Below are positions 17,429-27,195 of a stretch of 47,299 nt of DNA, in pieces. The stretch comes from a bacterium. GTDB lineage: Bacteria > Auribacterota > UBA3054. Below the pieces are notes generated by a model. It had not been told where the DNA came from, searched no databases, and worked only from the letters and a program-made list of their open reading frames with translations. The position numbers were made by a program, and so were the translations under genes. The stretch's first letter is position 1, and the number at the start of each line of letters is the position of its first letter. The stretch spans positions 1-47,299 of the forward strand of contig JAFYHD010000104.1 of NCBI GenBank assembly GCA_017539325.1, in the 5' to 3' direction.

Positions 17429-18043
17429 TCAGAGCTTATTCTTGGGCAGGACCGCCCTTAAGTGAAGGTAGATAGCGTCCGCGGGAAGGTCTTCGCCGTT
17501 CTCCATTTTTTCCATGGCCAGCGCCAGGAGAAACTTCGCGTCGAAACCGCTTGGCGTGGGAACAAAAAGTTTACCGGGGAAAGCCGTTTCGCCGCACTCG
17601 CCGTAATAGCGCTCGCAATCGGGAAACTTGAGCGCAAGCTCGTCTTTCTTGCAGAAGCCCGCTTCTTTCTTTTCGTCTGTGCGGTACTCGTAATAGAATC
17701 CGCCGCCGGCCTTGGCGTCGAGAAGGAGCAGCTCGTTCCCGCTCTCATCCGCCCTTGGGTAGAAGTCGAAACGCGAAACGCCTATAAGCCTCGCTCCATA
17801 GCCGAGCGCGAGCCCCTGGGCCGCCGCGAGGCCTGTCCTGATGCCAGTGAAGGAACCCGGCCCGCGGTCCACCACGATGATCTCGGGAACGCAACCGCGG
17901 ATCATTTTCTCTATTGCCGGCATGATCTGGCTGGAAAGGTCCCTGCCCATCGGAAAGATCTCCTGGAAAGGCCCGGCGTTCTCGCCAAAGAACGCTACCG
18001 AGGCTTCCTGATAAGAGGCGGTCTCAAGAGCGAGCATACTCAT
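17429..18043 (-). CDS. tsaB: tRNA t6A biosynthesis protein TsaB (YeaZ)
   Basis: 204 aa with 'MLALETAS' and 'VVDRGPGSFTGIRTGLAAAQGLALG'. Confidence 0.85.
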   Translation of the reverse strand: MSMLALETASYQEASVAFFGENAGPFQEIFPMGRDLSSQIMPAIEKMIRGCVPEIIVVDRGPGSFTGIRTGLAAAQGLALGYGARLIGVSRFDFYPRADESGNELLLLDAKAGGGFYYEYRTDEKKEAGFCKKDELALKFPDCERYYGECGETAFPGKLFVPTPSGFDAKFLLALAMEKMENGEDLPADAIYLHLRAVLPKNKL

Positions 18044-18654
18044 TTACAGCTTCTCCTCATCGCCTTCCTTTATCACGAAATTCTCCTTGGGCGCGTAAAC
18101 GCCCTCGCCCTTGGCCCAGACGCCGAAGGTCATAAGGAAGATCTTGATGTCGAGCCAGAGCGACCAGTGCTCCACGTACCAGACGTCAAATTCGATCCGC
18201 TGCGGCCAGGTCAGGGAGTTGCGGCCGTTGACTTGGGCCCAGCCAGTCACGCCGGGCGGGACCAGAAGACGCTTCTTCTGGCGCTCGTCGTATTCCGCCG
18301 TCTGGTAGAGCAGCGTCGGGCGAGGTCCCACGACGCTCATTTCACCCAGAAAGATGTTGATGAGCTGCGGCAGTTCGTCGAAGCTCGTCTTCCTTAGGAA
18401 ATTCCCGACTTTCGTGATCCTCGCATCGCCTTCTCCGGTATAGAAGCCTTCCTTGTCAGCTCCGACCGTCATGGTCCGGAACTTGTAGATCATGAAGGGC
18501 TTGTTGTCTTTCCCGGCCCTTTCCTGCAGGAAGAAGACCGGTCCCTTGCTGTCGAGCTTAATTAGGACAGCGATAACGAGCCACGGCAGGGCGCAGAAAA
18601 TGAGCCCTGCTATGGCGATCACTAGATCGAGAACTCTTTTAAGAAATCTCTGCA

Positions 18655-18655
<1 letters not shown>
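18044..18655 (-). CDS. Small monotopic phosphoglycosyl transferase (bacterial sugar transferase, PglC/WbaP C-terminal type)
   Basis: 203 aa with 'KRVLDLVIAIAGLI', 'SKGPVFFLQERAGKDNKPFMIYKFRTM', 'DELPQLINIFLGEMSVVGPRP' and 'PGVTGWAQVNGR'. Confidence 0.88.
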
Positions 18656-20625
<1,970 letters not shown>

Positions 20626-20626
<1 letters not shown>

Positions 20627-21312
20627 TACTTGATATCCGTAAATTTCCTAACGTTGGTGTCGGTGCCCACGACGACAAGAATGTCGTTCTCCTCCAGAGG
20701 CGAGTGCGGGTCAGGCGAGAGCATAAGGAAACGCTCCTTCTCCTCGCGGTTGACCGGAAGGCGCTTGATGCCGATGACGTTGACGCCGTAGCGGTCGCGG
20801 AGCCTCAGATCGATCATGCTCTTTCCCACGAAGCTCTTTGGCAGATCCACTTCGGCGATACTCGCGCCCGAGGCGAAGGGAATGACTTCCCTCAGATTCG
20901 GGGCGTAGATCATTCTGGCGACGCGGAGGCCCATTTCCTTCTCGGGGTTGACCGCCTCAGTCGCGCCAACCTTCTTCAATATGTTGGCATGCAGTTCGGA
21001 ACTGGCGCGAGCCACAATGCGCTTCACGCCCAGCTGCTTTAGGAGCGCCGTCACCATGATGCTGTTCTCGACGTGATGGTCGCCTATCGCGACGACCACG
21101 ACTTCCATAGAGGTGATGTCGGCTTCCAGAAGCGCTGATTCATCCGTGCAGTCCATGCACAGGGCGCCCGTGACGTTCTCTTCGTCCGCCACTTTCTGGA
21201 CCACGTCCTTGTCGGAATCTATAGCCAGGACCGGAATGTTGTGCGATTCCAGCCAGCGTACAACTTCCGTACCGAAACGGCCGAGGCCGATCACTGCGCA
21301 TCTTTTGATCAT
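20626..21312 (-). CDS. K+ uptake regulatory subunit (KtrA/TrkA, RCK_N plus RCK_C)
   Basis: 228 aa. The Rossmann motif is 'VIGLGRFGTEV', and there is a C-terminal TrkA-C segment. Confidence 0.88.
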
Positions 21313-21324
21313 AAGTATTCCTCC

Positions 21325-23397
21325 TTAACCCACCATCAAAGGTGTCTTGGGATATTCTATAGCCGAGCGTTTCCTGGTCGGCAGTAAAAGCAAAAGCGTA
21401 AGCGGCCCGATCCTTCCGATGAACATCATGGCGGTGATGACGAGCTTGCCCATGACGGAAAGTTTCTCGGTGATGCCCATGGCAAGACCGGTCGTGCCAA
21501 TGGCGGAGACCGGCTCGAAAAGGATCTCCTCGTAGCCTCCGTTCTCAAAGGTCAGAAGCAGAATGAAGCCGACCAGGAACGAGACGTTGTAGAGCATGAA
21601 GACCGTGACGGCGCGCCAGACGGTGTTGGCGTTGAAAGAGTGGCGCCCCAGCGTCACGTCGTCGCGGCCTCTGAGCACCGCCAAAAGAAGCGCCAAAAAG
21701 ATCACCAAAGTCGTCAGCTTGACGCCGCCGGCGGTGGATCCCGGCGCGCCGCCCACGAACATGAGTATCATGGTCAAAAAGCGGCCGGCGCGGCTCATGT
21801 CGTTGAGATCGAAAGTCGAGAAGCCGGCCGTCCTTGCGGTGACTGAACAGAAGAGCGCGTTGCAGATCTTCTCCGGCCAGTCGAAATTGGAAAGGCCTCT
21901 GGCATGGTCCCAGATCAGGAAGCCTATCATGCCGCCGAAGACCAGAATAAGCGTGCCCACTATGACTACGCTGACGTAGAAATTGGAATGGGGCTTCTTG
22001 AAGCGCACAAAATCGCTGATCCAGGAGAGCACTCCGAAGCCCAAGCCGCCGGCCACGATGAGCACAGTGAAGGTCAGAAGGATCCAGGGGTGGTGCTGGA
22101 ACATCATCAGACTGTCGGATTGCAAAGAGAGGCCTCCGTTGCAGAAAGCCGAGACGGCATGGAAGACGCTCTTCCAAAGCGCTGCCCTCCATTCCAATCC
22201 CATGTGCAGCATCTGCGGGAAAAGGAACGCTATGCCAACCGCCTCTATGATGAAGGTCGCGGCGCAGATGAAGATCGTCAAAGGCAGAACGTTCGACTGG
22301 CGCTTTTCGCCCAGCATGTCCCTGACGAAGTACTCCTGCCTCAAACCTATGGCCCTGCCCAATACTAGCGCGCTGAACGTTGACAAAGTCATGATGCCCA
22401 AGCCGCCGACCTGGATGAGGCCTAAGATCACGACCTGACCGCTGAAAGAGAAGACCTTCGAGATGTCGACCGTCGCGAGGCCCGTGACGCAGGTGGCGGA
22501 AGCCGACATGAAGAGCGCGTCCACCAGTCCTATGTCACAGCCCTTGTTCAAGACCCAGGGCAGGGCGAGCAGGTACGTTCCCGTAAGGATGACGCCCAGG
22601 AAGCTCACGACCAGAAGAAGCGCCGGGTGCTGGAAAAAGTAATTGCTAAAACGGTCGAAGGCCGCGGAGCGGGCGAAATAATGGATAAGCACAAGAGCAA
22701 GCACCGCCATCACTCCCAGAAGGCCCAGCGACCATTCGCCGAAACAGAAAGCCGCAATCGTAAGGACAAAGGCCGTCAGGATGAAGAAGCAGAATTTCCC
22801 CTTGCTGCGCTTGTAAAGGTGTATCTCGCTGCGGAAACTGCCGTACAAAGCCCAGAGCGCCAAAACGGAGCTTGTAATGAAAGCCGCGCATCCCATGACG
22901 TCCGAGCGGTAAAGCAGCAGGGCGAGCGTAAAGAGCGCCAGCCAGTTCAAGGGCATGAAGAGCATCGTCCTCGGGCCGAAGACGGGCTTCAGCCAGCGCT
23001 TCTCGTTCAGAACGGCCGCCTCCGCGTCAACGTTGGCCCGGTAGAAGTTGAAGGCTACCCTGAAGACCAGAAATCCGCAGAATATAGCGGGCGCCAGGCC
23101 CAGGAGCCAGCTGCGCCAGTCATTTGTCCAGCAGAAGAAGAGCGGGCTGAAAGCAAAAGCCAGCAGCGTCCCCAAAAGCAGGGCGCTCAAAGGCCTTTTC
23201 ACGGCAAGGAAAAAGGCGCCGGCCAAAAGAAGGACGTTCCCCGCCAAGATGGAAAGGAACAAGGGATCAGCCAGCCTTTTCGTTCCGAAAGCGAAGGCGA
23301 CGAGGAAGACGTTGCAAACCAGTTCCGCCAAAAGCAAAAGCAGGGCGTTCCTGGTCTCCCTCTGGACCAAGACTTCTTTAACACGGAATATTAGCAT
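21325..23397 (-). CDS. KtrB/TrkH-type K+ transporter with N-terminal membrane extension of about 250 aa
   Basis: 690 aa. From about residue 255 ('HPALLLVVSFLGVILTG...SATCVTGLATVD...IQVGGLGIMT') it aligns by eye with about 445-aa KtrB proteins, including the selectivity-filter glycines. The first ~250 aa form about 8 further hydrophobic helices. Confidence 0.85.
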   Translation of the reverse strand: MLIFRVKEVLVQRETRNALLLLLAELVCNVFLVAFAFGTKRLADPLFLSILAGNVLLLAGAFFLAVKRPLSALLLGTLLAFAFSPLFFCWTNDWRSWLLGLAPAIFCGFLVFRVAFNFYRANVDAEAAVLNEKRWLKPVFGPRTMLFMPLNWLALFTLALLLYRSDVMGCAAFITSSVLALWALYGSFRSEIHLYKRSKGKFCFFILTAFVLTIAAFCFGEWSLGLLGVMAVLALVLIHYFARSAAFDRFSNYFFQHPALLLVVSFLGVILTGTYLLALPWVLNKGCDIGLVDALFMSASATCVTGLATVDISKVFSFSGQVVILGLIQVGGLGIMTLSTFSALVLGRAIGLRQEYFVRDMLGEKRQSNVLPLTIFICAATFIIEAVGIAFLFPQMLHMGLEWRAALWKSVFHAVSAFCNGGLSLQSDSLMMFQHHPWILLTFTVLIVAGGLGFGVLSWISDFVRFKKPHSNFYVSVVIVGTLILVFGGMIGFLIWDHARGLSNFDWPEKICNALFCSVTARTAGFSTFDLNDMSRAGRFLTMILMFVGGAPGSTAGGVKLTTLVIFLALLLAVLRGRDDVTLGRHSFNANTVWRAVTVFMLYNVSFLVGFILLLTFENGGYEEILFEPVSAIGTTGLAMGITEKLSVMGKLVITAMMFIGRIGPLTLLLLLPTRKRSAIEYPKTPLMVG

Positions 23398-23405
23398 ATT
23401 TATAT

Positions 23406-23414
23406 ATTATACCA
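23406..23414 (-). promoter_or_regulatory. Candidate extended -10 element (TGGTATAAT) 8 nt upstream of the ktrB-like ATG
   Basis: The minus strand reads TGGTATAAT, 8 nt, then ATG (23397). It sits immediately downstream of the terminator at 23437-23469. The geometry implies a leaderless or near-leaderless mRNA. Confidence 0.35.
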
Positions 23415-23436
23415 TCTTAGCCCCAATTTGGGGGCG

Positions 23437-23469
23437 TAAATAAAAAGCGGGCGGCTTTGAGCCGCCCGT
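23437..23469 (-). terminator. Rho-independent terminator after the FGE-like operon
   Basis: The GC-rich hairpin pairs gcgggcggc with gccgcccgt (23447-23469, loop tttga). On the minus strand it is followed by TTTTTATTTA. It lies 27 nt after the stop at 23497. Confidence 0.7.
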
Positions 23470-23496
23470 TTCATGATCGTATAAACTTTGAAACGC

Positions 23497-24726
23497 TTAC
23501 TTAACGATGCAGAGCCTTACGCCCCTATTGGGATTGCAGTCCGCCTTGAAGACGTGCATTCTTCTGCCGGAACGGGATCTGATGGCCCATTCGTTGTAGG
23601 CGCCGCCCCTTATGACGCGGTCGTTTCCGGTCTCGGGGCCGACGGGGTCGACGGTAAGAGCGGTGATGTTGTCAGCGTATCTGTCAATGCACCATTCCCA
23701 AACGTTTCCGTGCATGTCATAAAGACCGAGCGCGTTCGGGATCTTCAACCCGACCTGATGCAAAGAGCCGCCGTTTCCGGTATACCAGCCAAGATTGTCG
23801 AGATCGCTGTTGGAAAGACCGCTGCCGGCGCCGTCGCCAAGCCAGGCGGTGCCGTTGTTCCAAGCGGTCGTCGTTCCGGCGCGGCAGGCTTTTTCCCATT
23901 GCGCTTCCGTAGGAAGATCGAAAATGAAGGAATTGTTGGCAAGAGCGCGGAGCTTGCCCAGGATGCTGTCAGCGTCCACCCTGTAGTCGGTGTACTGCGG
24001 CCAGGTGGTGCCGAAATTTTCGCCTCTCAGTTTAACATAAGAAACGTTCGTAAGCGGGAAGGTGTTGTTGGGATCGAGGCTGCCGCTGTTGGAGATGTTC
24101 TCGCCAAAGAGCCTGACGTATTGCCCCTGCGTCAATTCGAAAACGCCGATGTAATAGGCTTTCGTTATTGTGACGGTGTGAAGCACTTCGTTGTTATTGT
24201 TGTTGAAGTGGCCGGTCTCGTCTTCCGGGGAACCCATCTCGAAAACGCCCGGTTCCACGCGGCGGAACCAGAGCTCGCCGGTCTGGGCGGCTTCCATCGT
24301 CGCCTTGGTGAGCGTGGAGCTCACACTCATCGTCTTGCTCGCGATGTTATAGCGGAGGTAAGCGGCTTCGTCGGTGATCTCCTTGGCGACCACGCCGATC
24401 TTCATGTTCGTGGTGTCGATCGCGCGGCCGGAAGTGTTGGAATCCCAGGTGAGGCGCTTCTCGCCCGCACCGATGACGATCCCGCAGGAGCCGTCGCCGA
24501 CGGTATCCAGCATTTCAAAGACGTCGCTGCCGTTGACGTTGGCGTAAAACTTAACGCTGTAAACGGGGAGCGACGAATCGCTCTCTTTCAGGGTGTAGCT
24601 GATGTCGACCTTGCCGTTCCAGGGCCAGCGCTGCTGGCACTTGATGTTTGAGACCACGTCGTCCGCGGCGGAGGCGGCAAGAACAGCCGCAAAGGCAAAC
24701 ACCGTTAATATTCTCTTTATTTTCAT
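23497..24726 (-). CDS. Secreted FGE-sulfatase (SUMF1/DUF323, C-type-lectin fold) domain protein, paralog A
   Basis: 409 aa. Signal peptide 'MKIKRILTVFAFAAVLAASA'. The N-terminal module has 'CQQRWPWNGKVDISY'. FGE-domain motifs are 'WFRRVEPGVFEMGSPEDETGH', 'DLPTEAQWEKACRAGT', 'YDMHGNVWEWC' and 'RGGAY'. Confidence 0.85.
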   Translation of the reverse strand: MKIKRILTVFAFAAVLAASAADDVVSNIKCQQRWPWNGKVDISYTLKESDSSLPVYSVKFYANVNGSDVFEMLDTVGDGSCGIVIGAGEKRLTWDSNTSGRAIDTTNMKIGVVAKEITDEAAYLRYNIASKTMSVSSTLTKATMEAAQTGELWFRRVEPGVFEMGSPEDETGHFNNNNNEVLHTVTITKAYYIGVFELTQGQYVRLFGENISNSGSLDPNNTFPLTNVSYVKLRGENFGTTWPQYTDYRVDADSILGKLRALANNSFIFDLPTEAQWEKACRAGTTTAWNNGTAWLGDGAGSGLSNSDLDNLGWYTGNGGSLHQVGLKIPNALGLYDMHGNVWEWCIDRYADNITALTVDPVGPETGNDRVIRGGAYNEWAIRSRSGRRMHVFKADCNPNRGVRLCIVK

Positions 24727-24754
24727 ACAGTTTCCTGAGTTGATTCCTTTAAAA

Positions 24755-26086
24755 CTACTGAATTATGATCGCGGGCCTGAAGCCGATGGAGGAAGTCTTC
24801 ATATTGCCGGTCGAACCCTTCTCCGGGGCGCAGGCGAAACGTCTCGCCACTCTGGCGCGGACCGCCCATTCGTCCCAGGCGCCGCCGCGCAGAGAGCGCG
24901 TGCCGCCGGTCGCGGGTCCCGGTGAGTCAGCGCTCACATAAGAGCCGCCGTGATAAGCTCTGGTAATGCACCATTCCCAGACGTTTCCGTGCATATCGTA
25001 AAGCCCGAACGCGTTCGGAAGTTTCTGGGCGATCTCTTTGCAGCTTGTGTACTGGGTGTTCTCGCTGTACCAGCCGAGCAGGTCAAGATTGTCGCAGGCC
25101 CTTTGTTCGGCCTCTATCTCGACGATCTCAACGTCCTCGCCGTCGCCCTCGACGGGTTCCACAGGTTCGCTTTCATTCGCTTCAGATTCCGCGACGAACC
25201 AGGAGACGCCGTTGTTCCAGGTATTCGTCGTTCCGGCGCGGCAGGCCAGCTCCCACTGGCTGTCGGTCGGCAGGTCGAAGATCACGCTGTTGGCGACGGA
25301 AGAACGCATGGTATAGAAGACGCTGTCCGGGTCCACGCGGTAATCCTGGTACTGGGGCCAGGTGCTGCCGGCGTTCCTGCCTCTCAGGTCATAGTAGGAA
25401 ACGTTGTTGACCGGGCAGAGCAGTTCGCCAGGGCTGGAAGTCGAGGGATTCGTTCCCGTAATATTCTGATACTGGGCCTGCGTCACTTCGAAGACGGCGA
25501 TGTAGAAGGTCTTGGTCACGCTCATGACGCGCTGGATCTCAGCGGCGGCGTTCCTCAAGTGGCCGACCTCGTTTTCAGGAGAGCCTGTCACGAAAGTTCC
25601 GGGCTCCACTCTTCTGAACCACATCTGGCTCGTCTTGCAGGCTTCGTTGTTCAGATCCGGGCCTTCCTTGCTCAGGTTCAAAGTGCCGTCGCTTAGGGTA
25701 AGGCAGATGTATCTGGCGTTCACGGTCACATCCTGGGCGGTGATGCCAACGCTGAGCTTCTGCGTGCTGGTGAAAGGCTTGTCAACGGAAGCGTCCCAGG
25801 TCACGCGCTTGACGCCGGAACCGAAAACGTAGCCCTTGGCGCCTTCGCCTTTCAGGCTCTCGAGCCTGAAGGGCTCGCCGTTGTCGATCTTTCCGTAGAA
25901 AGCGATGTTGAAGATAGGCGCGGAGGTCTCGTTGGTAGTTTCGATGGAATAGTCGATGTCGACCTTGCCGTTCCAGGGCCAGCGCTGATGGCAGCTGACG
26001 CTGACGCTGACAACGGGCGTGTCAGCAAAAGAGGCTAAAGTCAAAAAACAAACCGAGAGTATGTTCAAATACGTTTTCATGATCAT
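24755..26086 (-). CDS. Secreted FGE-sulfatase (C-type-lectin fold) domain protein, paralog B
   Basis: 443 aa. Signal peptide '...CFLTLASFA'. It has 'CHQRWPWNGKVDIDY', 'WFRRVEPGTFVTGSPENEVGH', 'DLPTDSQWELACRAGT', 'YDMHGNVWEWC' and 'RGGAW'. An acidic insert 'ESEANESEPVEPVEGDGEDVEIVEIEAE' is absent from paralog A. The start overlaps the upstream stop (ATGA). An alternative ATG lies at 26080. Confidence 0.85.
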   Translation of the reverse strand: MIMKTYLNILSVCFLTLASFADTPVVSVSVSCHQRWPWNGKVDIDYSIETTNETSAPIFNIAFYGKIDNGEPFRLESLKGEGAKGYVFGSGVKRVTWDASVDKPFTSTQKLSVGITAQDVTVNARYICLTLSDGTLNLSKEGPDLNNEACKTSQMWFRRVEPGTFVTGSPENEVGHLRNAAAEIQRVMSVTKTFYIAVFEVTQAQYQNITGTNPSTSSPGELLCPVNNVSYYDLRGRNAGSTWPQYQDYRVDPDSVFYTMRSSVANSVIFDLPTDSQWELACRAGTTNTWNNGVSWFVAESEANESEPVEPVEGDGEDVEIVEIEAEQRACDNLDLLGWYSENTQYTSCKEIAQKLPNAFGLYDMHGNVWEWCITRAYHGGSYVSADSPGPATGGTRSLRGGAWDEWAVRARVARRFACAPEKGSTGNMKTSSIGFRPAIIIQ

Positions 26087-26958
26087 TTGACCCTCTTAAT
26101 AAGAAGCATTGCAAGGGCGAAAAAGAAAAAGACGCCCGGTTCGGGAACAAGGTTGATGGTCGCGGAAGCGTTCTCGCTGCCGAAGACCGTGTCGCCGTTA
26201 TATACTGTATAGGTAAGGGAGTAGGAGGCGTTCCTGGGCAGGACGGTGGGGTCGACGCCCGAGTAATCCCAGCTGTAGTCGCCCTGGTCCTCGCCGGAGC
26301 TGGTGAAGACCGTGTAAGGTTCGACGGATGCGGAGAAAATGCTCGGTTCGGAAGATTCCTTTTCCGTGATCTGGATCTTAACGTTCCTTTCATAACCAAC
26401 GATCCAGTCGGTGCTGTAAGTGATCTTCGCCGGGGTGTCGAGTTCCAGCGTCGGACCGAGAACGCTCACATTGTCAAGCTCAAAAGAATCGGACCAAGTC
26501 GCGTCCACCCGGATGTCACGGGAAAGCGTGACATAAACGATCTCGGTATCCACAACATAAGTCACGCCGTTGGTAGTGTCGTTGATGGTATGCGTGACGG
26601 TGTAAACTTTTTCTCTGGGAAGAACGGCAGGGTCGGTGTTGCAATATTTCCAGCAGAAAGTGCCCTCAAGGCCGTTGACGTCAGTGGAGAAAATATTCTG
26701 TTCAGAAACACCCTCGGCGTTCGCCTTTACTTCAACGCTTCTTTGGAAGCCGGTGTCAGCCCATCTGGTGCTGTAGTCAAGTTCATCCAAAAAATGGATC
26801 TCGATAGGGTTCGCCGCGGTGTTGGGGAGGTTAACCGTGTCGAGGGCGGCGTCGTTCGACCAGGCTTCGCAGACAGCGCTTACGCAATCAGCCTCCCCGG
26901 CTAAGGAAGGCAAGTTGAGAAGCACCAGCAGCAATGATGTAAAGATCGCTTTTTTCAT
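26083..26958 (-). CDS. PEP-CTERM-anchored secreted protein with two tandem ~115-aa modules
   Basis: 291 aa. Signal peptide 'MKKAIFTSLLLVLLNLPSLA'. The C-terminus 'VPEPGVFFFFALAMLLIKRVK' has PEP, a hydrophobic helix and a basic tail. The internal duplication shows as 'LDT..(n)..IEIHFLDELDYSTRW...DPAVLPREKVYTVTHTI' versus 'LDN..(n)..AKITYSTDW...DPTVLPRNASYSLTYTV'. Confidence 0.75.
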   Translation of the reverse strand: MKKAIFTSLLLVLLNLPSLAGEADCVSAVCEAWSNDAALDTVNLPNTAANPIEIHFLDELDYSTRWADTGFQRSVEVKANAEGVSEQNIFSTDVNGLEGTFCWKYCNTDPAVLPREKVYTVTHTINDTTNGVTYVVDTEIVYVTLSRDIRVDATWSDSFELDNVSVLGPTLELDTPAKITYSTDWIVGYERNVKIQITEKESSEPSIFSASVEPYTVFTSSGEDQGDYSWDYSGVDPTVLPRNASYSLTYTVYNGDTVFGSENASATINLVPEPGVFFFFALAMLLIKRVK

Positions 26959-27026
26959 ATCTATATGACTCTTTCTTTTGTTTACTTTTTAAGCTTTTTC
27001 CCAGGAAAAAAACACACTGAAGGTCA

Positions 27027-27035
27027 ACTTTATCA
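27027..27035 (-). promoter_or_regulatory. Weak candidate extended -10 element (TGATAAAGT) for the PEP-CTERM/FGE operon
   Basis: The minus strand reads TGATAAAGT, 68 nt upstream of the ATG at 26958. It is the only TGnTAnnnT match in the 175-nt leader region and a poor hexamer. Confidence 0.2.
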
Positions 27036-27133
27036 AAGCTGTCAACAAAAATCAAGCAAGCCAAAATCGCAAGAGGTCAAACAGCGTATTTTAAAGCACT
27101 TGATTTTTTGAGCGGTTGTTGAAAATACCCTAT

Positions 27134-27165
27134 AAAAAAAAAAACGGGAGAGGAAAACTCTCCCG
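27134..27165 (-). terminator. Rho-independent (bidirectional-looking) terminator after the esterase gene
   Basis: A perfect 8-bp hairpin pairs cgggagag with ctctcccg (27145-27165, loop gaaaa). It is flanked by an 11-A run on the plus strand (a U-tract for the minus strand) and by TTTTT on the other side. It lies 30 nt after the stop at 27196. Confidence 0.75.
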
Positions 27166-27195
27166 TTTTTATAGCCCGGATTACGGTCCCGAATA

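Noticed and set aside
23488-25696. Plus-strand ORFs 23488-24651 (387 aa) and 24950-25696 (248 aa) as alternatives to the minus-strand FGE-like genes.
   Set aside because: The minus-strand frames carry signal peptides and the complete FGE-sulfatase motif set (YDMHGNVWEWC and others). The plus-strand translations are Gly/Ala/Val/Asp-rich shadow ORFs.
23497-26086. Diversity-generating retroelement (DGR) target hypothesis for the two FGE/C-type-lectin-fold paralogs.
   Set aside because: CLec/FGE folds are classic DGR variable-protein scaffolds. However, the window contains no reverse transcriptase and no accessory (Avd-like) gene. The C-terminal regions are not AAC/Asn-rich and have no template-repeat copy with adenine-specific mismatches. 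The only near-identical DNA tract (33 nt) is at the N-terminal motif, not at a C-terminal variable region.
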